Assembly (NCBI GenBank): GCA_963729895.1
Contig: CAVSQB010000019.1
Coordinates: forward strand, 32,001-96,000
DNA: 64,000 nucleotides
Direction of reading: 5' to 3'
Source of the DNA: an uncultured Fibrobacterota bacterium
Lineage (GTDB): Bacteria > Fibrobacterota > Chitinivibrionia > Chitinivibrionales > FEN-1185
Shown: positions 8,973 to 19,526 of the stretch, in pieces
How positions within the stretch are numbered: position 1 is the first letter of the stretch
Layout: each line of letters opens with the position of its first letter
Position numbers and translations under genes: made by a program
The notes under the pieces: model-generated
What the model was told of the DNA's origin: nothing
Database searches by the model: none
Seen by the model: the letters and a program-made list of their open reading frames with translations, nothing else

Positions 8973-11900
8973 TCAGTGTTTCTTCCTTGTCCCCGCTTCC
9001 TCCTGAATTTCCTTGTTGTCCGGATCAAGCTTGAGAGCCTTGTCGAGGTGCGCCTGGTAATCGGCCGTATTTTTCTGGACTTTTGCCAGCTTGGCAAGGC
9101 CGAGTTCGGCGAGTGCGTAGTTGGGGTCCGCCTTGAGGGCGCGCTCGTAGAACGTCTTGGCCCAGGGAAGTTTCGACTGCATCAGGTACACTTCGGCGCG
9201 CTCGTACATGGCGGGAGCGTAGTTCGGATTGATGTACGATATTTCCTTGTACGTTTCCACGGCGTCGTCCCATTTACCCTGGATCGACTGTATCTTGCCG
9301 TACAGCATGAGAGCGGGGATGTTTTCCGGATCGGTTGCCGTGATATCCTTGATCGTGCTTTCCGCCGTGGCATACACGCCCGACAAATACAGGGCTTCGG
9401 CATACTTGAGCAACGTCTTGTTGTCCCGTTTCTTCTGGACAATCGCCTGCATGACGTCGAGGGCCTTTTTCGACTGCCCCGTTGATTTGTACAACTCGAA
9501 CAGCGTCATCTTGATGGTCTCGTCGTCCGGTTTGAGTTTGTCGGCTTTCTCGAGCAGGTCGAGCGCGTCTTTTGACCGGTCGGTTTCGATGTAGCCCTGT
9601 GCGAGCGGGACCATGTACGCGGGCTCGTTGGGCTTGAGCGCATTGGCCGTTTCGAGGAACATCATGGCATCGTTGAATTTACGTTTGGCAATAAGGATTG
9701 CACCGATCTTCCCTGCGGCCTCGGCGTTTTCCGGATCGAGTTGTATAAATTTCCTGAACGCGTCAAGTTCCTCTTTGTCTTTGCCCAGCTTCCCATACAC
9801 CTGGCCCATTTCAAACCACATGGCTGGAATGGTGTCGGCAAGCGCGGCGCATTTTTTGAGCAGGCCGAGCGCCTTGTCGAGCGTGGCTTTCTGCTTGGCA
9901 TAGTACAGGCCCGCCGCGAGAAAACTCTTGTAGTCTTTGGGGAACATCACCGTGTTCTCCTCGTACATCCTGGCCGCGGCAGCGGGATTCGTCGCTTCCG
10001 TCAGTTGAGCCTTTCTCAATGACGCCTCGGCGTCTTTTACACCCGTTAACTTGGTGTAACCAGTGTAGATCTCGAGGGCCTTGGCAGCATTGCCGGACTT
10101 GTCGTACGCGTCGCCGAGCAGTTTCATCACGGTAACGATACCGGCGTGCTTCTGGGTGAGCTTTGCGTTGACTTCACGGAACCGTTCGAACAGTTCAATG
10201 GTCTTCTTGTAGTCTTTTGTGTAATAACACGCCTGGCCATACACGTAGATGAAGTCCAGGGACTTGGCGGCTTCGCCCGTTACCATCGAAAGGTACTTGA
10301 CCGCTTCCTCGTAACTCTTTGCGGCGAAAGCGGCCTCTCCCACCGACCGGGCCACGGCAACGTCCTTAGGGTTCTTGTCGAGGTATTTTTTGTACATCGA
10401 CAGTGCCTGCGACGCCTTGTTCTGTTTTGTGTACAGGTCGCCGAGCGCCTTGAAGTCTGCCGTGGCATCGGGGTTCATGGCAGTGGATTGTTCGTAGGAA
10501 ATGACCGCTTCATTCACGTCGCCGCTCTTTGCCTGGCACAATGCCAGCGAGGAAAGCACGGTGACGTTACGCGGGTCAAGCGACAGCGCCTTCTGGTACA
10601 TGGCCACCGCTTTTGGATACAGACCCTGCTTCTGGTAAATTGCGCCCAGCGATGCATACATTGCCGCGTCGGCCTCGCCTGCGGCGACCGCGCCGGCAAG
10701 CGCCTTGCCGATTTCTTCGGGCGTTCCGCGCGACATGACAAGCTCGCAGTAGCGTTTGAAGAACCCTTTTGCGGCAGGGTCGGCCTTGAGCGCGGCGCGA
10801 TAAGCGGCGAGCGCGCCTGCCTGGTCCTTCTGTTCGTACAGCATGTCGCCGAGGTTCTTTTGCGCCCCTGCGTCGCCCGGATTGAGCGCCACGTATTTCT
10901 TGAGGTAGACGGCCGCATCTGCGCTGTTGTTCGCTTTTACGGAAATGTCGTACAGTGTCTTGAACACATCTGGATTGGTTGGGGTGAGAATCGCAAGCTG
11001 CTTGAATATATCCGCGGCCTTTGTGCAATTGGTGCTCTTGTAGCACGCTTGTCCGTAGAGAAGCAGGTAGGCGGCGGTCTTTGCTTCCGCGCCCTGAACC
11101 ATGGCGAGATACTTTACGGCCTCGTCGTAATCCTTTATCTTATATTCGTATTCGCCGACAGACATTGCCGTCTTGTAATCGGCCGGGTTCTTTTCCAGGC
11201 ACTTCTTGTACATGTTCATTGCCTGATCGTTCTTGTTTTGCTTCATGTACAAATCCGCGAGCATCTTATATTCCTTGATGTCCTGCGGATTAAGGGCGAC
11301 CACCTGCTCGTAGGAAATGGTCGCGTCTTTTACATTGCCGCTTTTTGCCTGGCAGAACGCGAGGGACGACAGAGCTTCGGTATTGCGCGGGTCAAGAGCG
11401 AGCGCCTTGGTGTACATTTCGATTGCACGCGGATAGTTGGCCGAGCCTTTGTACACATTGCCGAGTGCGGAATACATCGCGGCGTCTGCCTCGCCCGCGG
11501 CAATGGCGCCCTTGAGCGCCTTGACGATGTTCTCCGGAATTCCCTTGGCCGTCACCAGCTCGACGTACCGTTTGTAGAAGCCCTTGATGGCCGGATCGGC
11601 CTTGATGGCCGCATCGTACGCGGCCAGGGCGCCGTCTGCGTTCTTTTCTTCGTACAAAATGTCGCCGAGGTTTTTTTGCGCCGAAGCATCGGCAGGCTTG
11701 AGGCTCAGGTATTTCTTGAGATATCCCGACGCCTCTTTCTTGTTGCCGCCTTCCTTTGAGGAAATGTCGTACAGCATCCTGAATACTTCGGCGTTGAGCG
11801 GCGTGAGCTTTGCAAGCTGGAGAAGCACTTCCGATGCCTTCTTGAAGTTCTTGGCGTTGTAGCATGCCTGCGAGTACTTGAAGAGAAACTCCGCGCTCTT

Positions 11901-14900
11901 GGTTTCGGCGCCGCCGACCATGCCGTAGTACTTCATTGCTTCATCGAAATCCTTCTGGGAGTTCAGGTAGTCTGCCACCGCCAGAGCCACTTTGTAATTG
12001 GTGGGCCGTTTTTCGAGGTATTTCTTGTACATCGAAATGGCCTGGCTCGCCTTGTTCTGTTGCATGTACAGGTCGCCCAGCGTTTTGAAATCGTCGATCG
12101 CGTCGGGATTCATGGCAACGGACTGCTCATACGATATCACAGCGTCGTTGACATTCCCGTTCTTCGCCTGGCATTGCGCAAGGGCCGAGAGAACGTGAAC
12201 GTTTTTGGGGTCGAGCTGCAGCGACTTCTGGAAGAACTCAATTGCCTTTGCATAGGCGCCCGCCTTCTGGTTGATGACACCGATGGCCTCGTACATCTGC
12301 GCATCGGCTTCGCCGGCGGCAATGGCGCCTTTCATTGCGGCGACCACGTCTTTGGGAATGCCTTTGGTGGAGATGATTTCAACGTAGTGTTTGTAAAAGC
12401 CCTTGATGGCCGGGTCGGCCTTGAGCGCCGCCTGGTAAGCCGCAAGAGCGGCGTCCGGGTTCTTTTGCTCGTAATACAGATCGCCCAGGTTCTTCTGCGC
12501 AACGGCATCGGTGGGCTTGACAGACACATATTTCTTGAGGTAGGCGGCGGCCTCCACCTTTGAGGCGCCGCTTTCAACGGCTATGTCGTACAGGGTCTTG
12601 TACACGTCGGCGTTGAGCGGCGTAATGATCGCCAGCCGGTTAAGCACCTCCGTGGCTTTCTTGTAGTCCTTTGCAAAGTAGCACGCCTGGCCATAGCGGA
12701 ACAGGAACGCGGGGTTGCGGGCCTCCGTGCCGTTTACCATGCCATAGTACTTGAGCGCGTCTTCGTAGTTCTTCTGGTTGAACGAGTAATCGCCCACCGC
12801 CTTGGCAACCGCAAAATCGCCCGGCTTCTTTTCGAGATATTTCTTGTACATCGCCATGGCCTGGTCGGCTTTGTTCTGTTTTGCGTACAATTCGCCGAGG
12901 GACTTGTATTCGTCGATTGCCTTGTCGTTCATGGCAACCGCCTGCTCGTAGGAAATCACCGCGTCGTTGGTATTGCCGCTCTTGGCCTGGCACTGGGCAA
13001 CGGCGGAAAGAATTGCCACATTCTTCGGGTCTATGGTAAGCGCCTTCTGGTACATGTCGATTGCCTTCTGATAGGCGCCCTGGCGTTGGTACACGGCCCC
13101 GAGCGAACTGTACATGGCCGCGTCGGCCTCACCCGCCGCCACCGCGCCCGTAAGCGCCTTCACAAGCTCTTCGGGCGTTCCTTTTGCGCCCACGAGTTCA
13201 ACATAGCGTTTGTAAAATCCTTTGGCCGCGGGATCGGCCGCGAGCGCGGCGCGGTAGGCCGCGAGCGCCCCGAGCTGGTTTTTGCCCTCGTACAGCATGT
13301 CTCCCAGATTCTTCTGCGCCTCCGCATCGCCGGGCTTGAGCGCCGCATATTTCTGCAGATACGAGGCGGACTCGCTTTTCGGACTGCCGTCTTTGGAAGA
13401 AATGTCGTACAGAGTCTTGAAGACGTCGGCGTTCTTCGGCGTGAGTCCCGCGAGCTTGACAAAGAGCTCTTTGGCCTTCTTGAGGTCTTTTGCCGAATAA
13501 CACGCGGTACCGTAGCGGAACAACAGGTCGGTGTCCATTGTCTCGGGGGTGACGACCATGGCGAAGTACTTGATGGCCTCGTCGTAGTCTTTCTGGGAAT
13601 ATTCGTAGTCGGCGATGACTTTTGCGATGGGCCGGTTCCCCGGTTTCTTTGCCAGGTACTTTTTGTAAACGTTGACGGCCTGGCTCGTTTTCTTCTGCTG
13701 CATATACAGGTCGCCGAGCGCCCGGTATTCATCCACGGCCTTGTCGTTCATGGCAACAGCCTGTTCGTAGGAGATCACGGCTTCGTTCACGTTGCCGCTT
13801 TTGGCCTGGCACTGCGCAATGGAAGAGAGCACCGCGACGTTTTTCGGGTCGATGGCAAGCGCCTTCTGGTACATGTCGATCGCCTTCTGGCACAATCCCT
13901 GGCGTTGGTACACATTACCGAGCGAGCTGTACATCGCCGCATCGGCTTCCCCGGCGGCAATGGCGCCCGTGAGCGCCTTCACGAGTTCTTCGGGGGTTCC
14001 TTTTGCGCCCACAAGCTCAACGTAGCGTTTGTAAAATCCCTTGAGCGACGGGTCGGCCGCGAGCGCGGAGCGATATGCCGCGAGCGCGCCGGCGTAGCTC
14101 TTCATCTCGTACATCATGTCGCCGAGATCTTTTTGCGCCTCCGCGTCGCCCGGTTTGAGGGCCGCGTATTTCTGAAGGTACCCGGAAGCCTCGCCCCTGG
14201 TGGCGCTGTCCTTGGAGGTTATGTCGAACAGGAGCCTGTATACCTCTGCGTTCTTGGGGGTAAGCGCCGCAACCTGGCCAAGGAGTTCCTTGGCCTTCTT
14301 GGTATCCTTCACAAAGTAGGCAGCCTGGCCGTAGCGGAACAGGAGCTCCGCATCTTTGGCCTCGGCACCGCCCACCAAGGCGTAGTACTTGAGGGCTTCG
14401 TCATAGTTCTTCTGGCCGAATTCGTAATCGGCGACAAGCCTGGCTATGCGGTGTTCTCCCGGTTTTTTGGCAAGATATCGTTTGTAAACTCCGACGGCCT
14501 GGGCGGTCTTGTTCTGTTGCTGGTAGAGGTCGCCGAGAGCGCGCAACTCCTCGACGGCTTTGTCGTTCATGGCAATGACCTGTTCGTAGGACACGATGGC
14601 TTCCTTGGCGTTGCCGGTCTTTGCCTGGCAATGCGCAAGCATCGAAAGCACCGTGGTATTTCTCGGATCGAGCTGCACCGATTTTTCAAGCATTTCGATC
14701 GCCTTGGGACACAGGCCCTGTTTCTGGTAGATCAGTCCGAGCTGGGCGTAGGTCTGGGCATCCGCCTCCCCGGTGGTAATGGCGCCGCCGAGAGCGGCAA
14801 TGACCTCCGTCTGATCTGCGGCCGGTCCCAGAAGCTCTGCATAGCGTTTGTATACCCCTTTGGCGGCCGGGTCGATCTTGATAACCGCGCGATAGGCGGC

Positions 14901-16769
14901 AAGCGCGCCCGCCATGTCTTTTCTTTCGTACAGCAGGTCACCCAGCGCCTTCTGCGCTTCCGGGATGTTCGGTTTGAGGGCCACGAAGGACTTGAGGTAC
15001 GCCGCGGCATCGGCGGTGTTCCCCGACTTGAGGGAGATTTCGTAAAGATTCTTGAATACTTCGGCATCTTTGGGCGACAAAACGGAAAGTTCCTTGAACT
15101 GTTCGAGCGCGGCCTTGGCATCGCCCTGGGAAAGCGCATACCGGGCGAGGCGCTGGCGCGAGGGAATGTTGCGCGGATCGAGCGAGAGGATCTTCCTGTC
15201 GATCTCGGCAAGCCGTTGGGGCTCGTTGAGCTGATCGTAGCATGCGGCAAGCTGCAGCCAATACTCCTTATTGTTCGGCTGTTTGCGCACCATGAATTCA
15301 AACTGGTCCTTGGCTTCCTTGTAGTTCTTGTCCTTCATGTAAATAGTGGACAGCACGACCCGCGGCTCCCACAAGGTGGCGTCGAGGTGCAGGGCGGATT
15401 CGGCGGCGTCGCGCGCCATGTCGGTTTCGTTGAGGGCAAACGCGGATATGGCCATGCCCTGCGCCGCAAGCGCCGAGCGTTCGAGCGTGTAGCTTTTCTG
15501 AAAGTATTTGAGCGCGTCCTGGAATTTCTTGAATTTCAGATTGAAGTCGCCCAGCGCCATCTGGATCTTGGGGTTGTTGGGATTGAGCGCGAGCATCTTT
15601 TCGTACACTACCTTGGCCTTTTCGGATTGGCCCGACTTCGTGTACAAATCGCCGAGCCTGGCGTAAGCTTCCACGTTTGTGCCGTTGACGACAAGCTCTC
15701 TCTCCAAATGGAACATGGCCTTCTTGGGCACATCGAGACCTTCATAGCACAAGGCAAGGGAGAAATTGATATCCGGCACTATCTTGCCCATGGAATCGGC
15801 CGCGTAGATCGCTTCAAAATGTCCGATAGCGGCCTGGTAGTTCTTCTTCTCGAGTTCGAACATACCCACCACCCGGTGAGCTTCGAGGGCTTCTTTTGCC
15901 CGTGAGGTTCCCACTTTATCAAGAAAGGACTGGTACGCTTTGGCGATTTTGTCGGCAGCGGCGTTGGACTTTGAGAGCGAGACCGCCCACATGTAACTTT
16001 CCTGAGCGCCAAACTGGCTCCGTGCGGAGGCGGCTTCGAACTCTTCCGCGGCCTCGGCGTACTTCTGGCCGGTGTAGTAGATTTTTGCGAGTTCGTAGCT
16101 TGCCTCAACCGAGGTCGGCTTCTTGTCTTTTGCGAGCTTGAGCCATACGATGGCCGAATCGGGCGGGCTTGCCTGGCCTATCTTGAGCGCCAAGGCGCCA
16201 TCGGGCTGTTTGGCATAGACCTCCTTGAGCAATTCGACTGCCCTGGGATAGTTCTTTTCGTTGTAATAAATGAGTCCGAGCTCCCTGACGGCGGTGGTAT
16301 TGGCCGGGTCGGCCTCGACGACCTTCTCGAGCGCTTTCTTGGCCTCCGCAGGTTTGCCGAGTGCGATGCAGGCGCGAGCGAATTCCCAGCTTGCTTCGGG
16401 TGTGAAGTTGACCTCCAGCGCTTTCTTCGCGGCAGGCGCGGCGTTTGCCGGCTGATTGAGGGAATTGTACACCTTGGCCGTACCGAGGAGCGCCTCGTAG
16501 TTCTTTGCGTCCATGCGCGTGGCCACAAGATAGCAGGCGAGCGCCTTTTCGGTGAGCCCGAGTTCGAGGTTGGCTTTGCCGATCTTCACCCAGATCACCG
16601 CATCGCGCGCCGTGGTGGGAATCTTCTTGTCCGCATAGCTCAACGCATCGGCGTAGCTCTTTTGCTCCATGAGCTTGTCAAATGTCTCGTCGGAAAACGC
16701 AAGAGATACGGCAAGGAAGAGCATCAATGATGAAACAACACAGCGTACGTGCAGGCCACTCCTACTCAT
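8973..16769 (-). CDS. Giant exported tetratricopeptide-repeat protein (2598 aa)
   Basis: Signal peptide, then continuous TPR-like motifs (LGDLY...ALAAY..AL..DP) with a higher-order internal repeat. Confidence 0.92.
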   Translation of the reverse strand: MSRSGLHVRCVVSSLMLFLAVSLAFSDETFDKLMEQKSYADALSYADKKIPTTARDAVIWVKIGKANLELGLTEKALACYLVATRMDAKNYEALLGTAKVYNSLNQPANAAPAAKKALEVNFTPEASWEFARACIALGKPAEAKKALEKVVEADPANTTAVRELGLIYYNEKNYPRAVELLKEVYAKQPDGALALKIGQASPPDSAIVWLKLAKDKKPTSVEASYELAKIYYTGQKYAEAAEEFEAASARSQFGAQESYMWAVSLSKSNAAADKIAKAYQSFLDKVGTSRAKEALEAHRVVGMFELEKKNYQAAIGHFEAIYAADSMGKIVPDINFSLALCYEGLDVPKKAMFHLERELVVNGTNVEAYARLGDLYTKSGQSEKAKVVYEKMLALNPNNPKIQMALGDFNLKFKKFQDALKYFQKSYTLERSALAAQGMAISAFALNETDMARDAAESALHLDATLWEPRVVLSTIYMKDKNYKEAKDQFEFMVRKQPNNKEYWLQLAACYDQLNEPQRLAEIDRKILSLDPRNIPSRQRLARYALSQGDAKAALEQFKELSVLSPKDAEVFKNLYEISLKSGNTADAAAYLKSFVALKPNIPEAQKALGDLLYERKDMAGALAAYRAVIKIDPAAKGVYKRYAELLGPAADQTEVIAALGGAITTGEADAQTYAQLGLIYQKQGLCPKAIEMLEKSVQLDPRNTTVLSMLAHCQAKTGNAKEAIVSYEQVIAMNDKAVEELRALGDLYQQQNKTAQAVGVYKRYLAKKPGEHRIARLVADYEFGQKNYDEALKYYALVGGAEAKDAELLFRYGQAAYFVKDTKKAKELLGQVAALTPKNAEVYRLLFDITSKDSATRGEASGYLQKYAALKPGDAEAQKDLGDMMYEMKSYAGALAAYRSALAADPSLKGFYKRYVELVGAKGTPEELVKALTGAIAAGEADAAMYSSLGNVYQRQGLCQKAIDMYQKALAIDPKNVAVLSSIAQCQAKSGNVNEAVISYEQAVAMNDKAVDEYRALGDLYMQQKKTSQAVNVYKKYLAKKPGNRPIAKVIADYEYSQKDYDEAIKYFAMVVTPETMDTDLLFRYGTACYSAKDLKKAKELFVKLAGLTPKNADVFKTLYDISSKDGSPKSESASYLQKYAALKPGDAEAQKNLGDMLYEGKNQLGALAAYRAALAADPAAKGFYKRYVELVGAKGTPEELVKALTGAVAAGEADAAMYSSLGAVYQRQGAYQKAIDMYQKALTIDPKNVAILSAVAQCQAKSGNTNDAVISYEQAVAMNDKAIDEYKSLGELYAKQNKADQAMAMYKKYLEKKPGDFAVAKAVGDYSFNQKNYEDALKYYGMVNGTEARNPAFLFRYGQACYFAKDYKKATEVLNRLAIITPLNADVYKTLYDIAVESGASKVEAAAYLKKYVSVKPTDAVAQKNLGDLYYEQKNPDAALAAYQAALKADPAIKGFYKHYVEIISTKGIPKDVVAAMKGAIAAGEADAQMYEAIGVINQKAGAYAKAIEFFQKSLQLDPKNVHVLSALAQCQAKNGNVNDAVISYEQSVAMNPDAIDDFKTLGDLYMQQNKASQAISMYKKYLEKRPTNYKVALAVADYLNSQKDFDEAMKYYGMVGGAETKSAEFLFKYSQACYNAKNFKKASEVLLQLAKLTPLNAEVFRMLYDISSKEGGNKKEASGYLKKYLSLKPADASAQKNLGDILYEEKNADGALAAYDAAIKADPAIKGFYKRYVELVTAKGIPENIVKALKGAIAAGEADAAMYSALGNVYKGSANYPRAIEMYTKALALDPRNTEALSSLAFCQAKSGNVKDATISYEQVVALNPQDIKEYKMLADLYMKQNKNDQAMNMYKKCLEKNPADYKTAMSVGEYEYKIKDYDEAVKYLAMVQGAEAKTAAYLLLYGQACYKSTNCTKAADIFKQLAILTPTNPDVFKTLYDISVKANNSADAAVYLKKYVALNPGDAGAQKNLGDMLYEQKDQAGALAAYRAALKADPAAKGFFKRYCELVMSRGTPEEIGKALAGAVAAGEADAAMYASLGAIYQKQGLYPKAVAMYQKALSLDPRNVTVLSSLALCQAKSGDVNEAVISYEQSTAMNPDATADFKALGDLYTKQNKASQALSMYKKYLDKNPKDVAVARSVGEAAFAAKSYEEAVKYLSMVTGEAAKSLDFIYVYGQACYYTKDYKKTIELFERFREVNAKLTQKHAGIVTVMKLLGDAYDKSGNAAKALEIYTGYTKLTGVKDAEASLRKAQLTEATNPAAAARMYEENTVMFPKDYKSFLAAGLYYAKQKATLDKALGLLKKCAALADTIPAMWFEMGQVYGKLGKDKEELDAFRKFIQLDPENAEAAGKIGAILIAKRKFNDAMMFLETANALKPNEPAYMVPLAQGYIETDRSKDALDLLEKADKLKPDDETIKMTLFELYKSTGQSKKALDVMQAIVQKKRDNKTLLKYAEALYLSGVYATAESTIKDITATDPENIPALMLYGKIQSIQGKWDDAVETYKEISYINPNYAPAMYERAEVYLMQSKLPWAKTFYERALKADPNYALAELGLAKLAKVQKNTADYQAHLDKALKLDPDNKEIQEEAGTRKKH

Positions 16770-16859
16770 AGCAAGGACTCCTTCCGGGTGTATATTGAAA
16801 TTGTCTGGTTTTCACGTTTGAACAAAAAGGGCTTGGAAAGTAAAAATATATATAATAGA

Positions 16860-16889
16860 AGTATACCAAAACAGTTCTATTGATGTCAA
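16860..16889 (-). promoter_or_regulatory. Putative sigma70 promoter (TTGACA-18-TATACT)
   Basis: Consensus -35 and near-consensus -10 about 90 nt upstream of the TPR gene. Confidence 0.6.
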
Positions 16890-17019
16890 ATGTTTGATCG
16901 GTTCTTGTGCACGATGGAATTATCCCGGGCGACTCTCCCGCTGCAACGGCCCTTGTTCACTCTGCATGTACGACGCCCCGCGGCAGCCGCGAGAGGCGAC
17001 GTGCCGCCACGCACCGCGA

Positions 17020-18105
17020 TCACTTCTTATAAAGAAGGTCCCTTGCATCGCGGATGATGTCGTGCAGGGGAAGCCGGTTGGGGCAGCGGGCGGAACAGGT
17101 GCCGCACAGAAGGCAGCGGTCGAGGCGAAGGCTGTCGTCCCATTGTTTATCGCGGAATGCTCTTTTGGCATGCGGGATCTTCATGTATTTGTAAATATTA
17201 TAATGCGACAGGCACGCGCCCAGGTTGATGTTTTGGGGACAAGGCTGGCAATACCCGCATGAGGTGCAGCGCGGTTCGCGTGCGTTTACGAGGCGGTCGA
17301 CCCCGGCAAGGATTTCGTCCGCAGATTTCTTGTACAGGGGGGCCGTGTCGAGCATGCGCGCGGCGTAGGCGACCTCATGAACAGAAGAGAAACCGACGAG
17401 CAGGTGCACGTTGGGAAGCGCCAGAAGGTAGCGGAACGCGAGTTCCTTAAGCCGGGCGTCCGCCGCGCAGAACCCGCCCGACAAAGGGTTCATGGCGATC
17501 ACCGGGATGCCCTTGCGGGCGCAATACTCAACAACCCTGAGCCGCGTGAGGTTTATCACGGACAACGGCATGGTAACGGTTTCGAAGCGTCCCGATTCGA
17601 GAAAGGCGATGATGGTGTCGGCATCCGCATGCGTTGTTACGCCGAGGTGCGAAAACACGCCTTTCCGTTTTTGCTCGGTTACGCCGTCGTGCCAGCCGCC
17701 CGGCTGCATGGCGGCGTTGAACTGCTCCATGGTGTGCGTGGTCCAGAGGTGGTAATAGTCAATTGATGCCAGCCCGAGCCTCTTGAGCGACTGCTCCAGC
17801 ACCTGCGAAACCTGCGCTCGCGTGCGGACACCAAAGCCCTTCTCGGGTGTAAACGGTCCAAGGCCCGTGCCGCCGTCTCCCGGCGAGCATTTTGTGGACA
17901 CCATCACGCGGCCGCGGTATTCGGGCGGCGACACGGCTTCTCCCACCCATGCCTCGGAATTCTCGGTTTCGCTCTTGTAACAATAGGCGGGAGAGGTATC
18001 GATGTAGTTGAACCCGCAATCGATCCCTTTGCGGATGATGGCCACCGCGCTTGTGCGGTCGCGGAAGCGCATGGCGCCGATGAGGATTTTGGACAAAGGC
18101 ATCAT
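17020..18105 (-). CDS. Aldo/keto reductase with C-terminal 4Fe-4S dicluster domain
   Basis: GAMRF, NYIDTSPAY, SLKRLG..IDYYHLW, CTSCGYCQPCP and CLLCGTCSARCP. Confidence 0.88.
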   Translation of the reverse strand: MMPLSKILIGAMRFRDRTSAVAIIRKGIDCGFNYIDTSPAYCYKSETENSEAWVGEAVSPPEYRGRVMVSTKCSPGDGGTGLGPFTPEKGFGVRTRAQVSQVLEQSLKRLGLASIDYYHLWTTHTMEQFNAAMQPGGWHDGVTEQKRKGVFSHLGVTTHADADTIIAFLESGRFETVTMPLSVINLTRLRVVEYCARKGIPVIAMNPLSGGFCAADARLKELAFRYLLALPNVHLLVGFSSVHEVAYAARMLDTAPLYKKSADEILAGVDRLVNAREPRCTSCGYCQPCPQNINLGACLSHYNIYKYMKIPHAKRAFRDKQWDDSLRLDRCLLCGTCSARCPNRLPLHDIIRDARDLLYKK

Positions 18106-18668
18106 GGTGCGCCGTTGAATTTTGTCGGCCCTTCCTCATACAGGTTTCTTCCCCTGCTGTCAATCGCCACAATCACGGGAAAGTTCTCGACCACAAACCT
18201 GAACACCGCCTCCGGTCCGAGGTCCTTGTAGCACACCATCCGCGAACTCCTGACGCATGAACCGAGCAGCGCGCCCAAACCTCCGCCGGCTGCGAAATAC
18301 ACGGCTTTGTGCCGTATCATCGCGTCAAGAACGGCGGGGCTCCTGTTGCCCTTGCCGATCATCGCGCCCAGCCCGGTTTTCGCAAGGAGCAGCGGCGTGT
18401 ACGCGTCCATGCGTGAACTTGTGGTAGGCCCCGCGCTCAAGTTCCCTGTTTTCGGGTTCGCCGGAGTCGGGCCGGTGTAATAGAGGATCTGTCCGCGCAG
18501 GTCGAGCGGCAGCTTCCTGTTCTCCTCCAGCAGGGCGGCGAACCGCTTGTGGGCTGCGTCGCGTGCGGTGTAGACGGCTCCGGTTATGAGCACTTCGTCG
18601 CCGGCGGCAAGCGACCGCACGACGTTGGGGCCGAGCGGGGGAGTAATGACTCTGATCTGCTTTTTCAC
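18102..18668 (-). CDS. Class I fumarate hydratase/tartrate dehydratase beta subunit
   Basis: TARDAAHKR, GPTTSSRMD, MIGKG and DLGPEA. Confidence 0.92.
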   Translation of the reverse strand: MKKQIRVITPPLGPNVVRSLAAGDEVLITGAVYTARDAAHKRFAALLEENRKLPLDLRGQILYYTGPTPANPKTGNLSAGPTTSSRMDAYTPLLLAKTGLGAMIGKGNRSPAVLDAMIRHKAVYFAAGGGLGALLGSCVRSSRMVCYKDLGPEAVFRFVVENFPVIVAIDSRGRNLYEEGPTKFNGAP

Positions 18669-19510
18669 AGGACCACCGTTGCGTGGCGCGCCGCATGGCA
18701 GGAAAGTGAAACCGCCACCGGAAGCGTAGCGATATGACAGGGAAACGTCTCGATGTGCACGTCAAGCGCGGTGACGGTCCCGCCCAGCCCGCCCGGTCCG
18801 ATACCCGACAGGTTTATTTTTGAAAGTATCTTCCGTTCGAGCGCGGCAAACCGTTTGTGCGGATGCCGTGTTCCCAGCGGCCGCACAAGCGCCTTCTTTG
18901 AAAGCAGCACGGCGGTCTCTGCCGCGCCGCCGATGCCGATCCCCACGATCACGGGCGGGCAGGGGTTGCCGCCCGCTTTCGTCACAGCGGAAAGCGCGGC
19001 GTCAAGCACACCGGCCTCGCCGTCGCCCGGCTTCAACATGAAAAGGCGGCTCATGTTCTCCGACCCGCCTCCTTTTGGAGCAAGCGTTATGGAAAGCTTT
19101 TTGCCTTTCACACAGGAAAGGTGGATCACGGCAGGCGTGTTGGTGAAGGTATTCCTCCGGTGATACACGGGATCGGAAACCATTGACGGGCGCAGGAAGC
19201 CTTCCGCGTAGCCCAGCCGCGTCCCTTCGTTTATTGCGTCGGTCAATGTGCCGTCGGCAACGTGCACGTCCGAGCCGATGTCCGCAAAGAACACGGCAAT
19301 GCCCGTGTCCTGGCACAGGGGCACGCACCGGCTGCGCGCGACGCGGGCGTTTTCCGCGATGCGAGAGAGCATCCGTCTGCCGCGTGCCGAAACTTCCGTG
19401 CGTTGCGCCCGCGCAATCGCCGCGGACACGTCGCCGGGAAGATCGAACGCGGCTTTGAGGCACAGGGTGCGCACGCTGTCGACAATACGTTTGTATGGAA
19501 TTGTTCTCAC
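18665..19510 (-). CDS. Class I fumarate hydratase alpha subunit
   Basis: PLCQDTG, PKGGGSEN, GNPCPP and CHIATLPVAV..SCHAARH; GTG start with GAGG RBS. Confidence 0.92.
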   Translation of the reverse strand: MRTIPYKRIVDSVRTLCLKAAFDLPGDVSAAIARAQRTEVSARGRRMLSRIAENARVARSRCVPLCQDTGIAVFFADIGSDVHVADGTLTDAINEGTRLGYAEGFLRPSMVSDPVYHRRNTFTNTPAVIHLSCVKGKKLSITLAPKGGGSENMSRLFMLKPGDGEAGVLDAALSAVTKAGGNPCPPVIVGIGIGGAAETAVLLSKKALVRPLGTRHPHKRFAALERKILSKINLSGIGPGGLGGTVTALDVHIETFPCHIATLPVAVSLSCHAARHATVVL

Positions 19511-19526
19511 GGGGGCGTCCTCGTGT

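Noticed and set aside
10146..15905. Long plus-strand ORFs (537 aa, 939 aa) opposite the TPR gene
   Set aside because: Antisense shadows expected from biased codon usage in a repetitive GC-rich gene; no recognisable domains.
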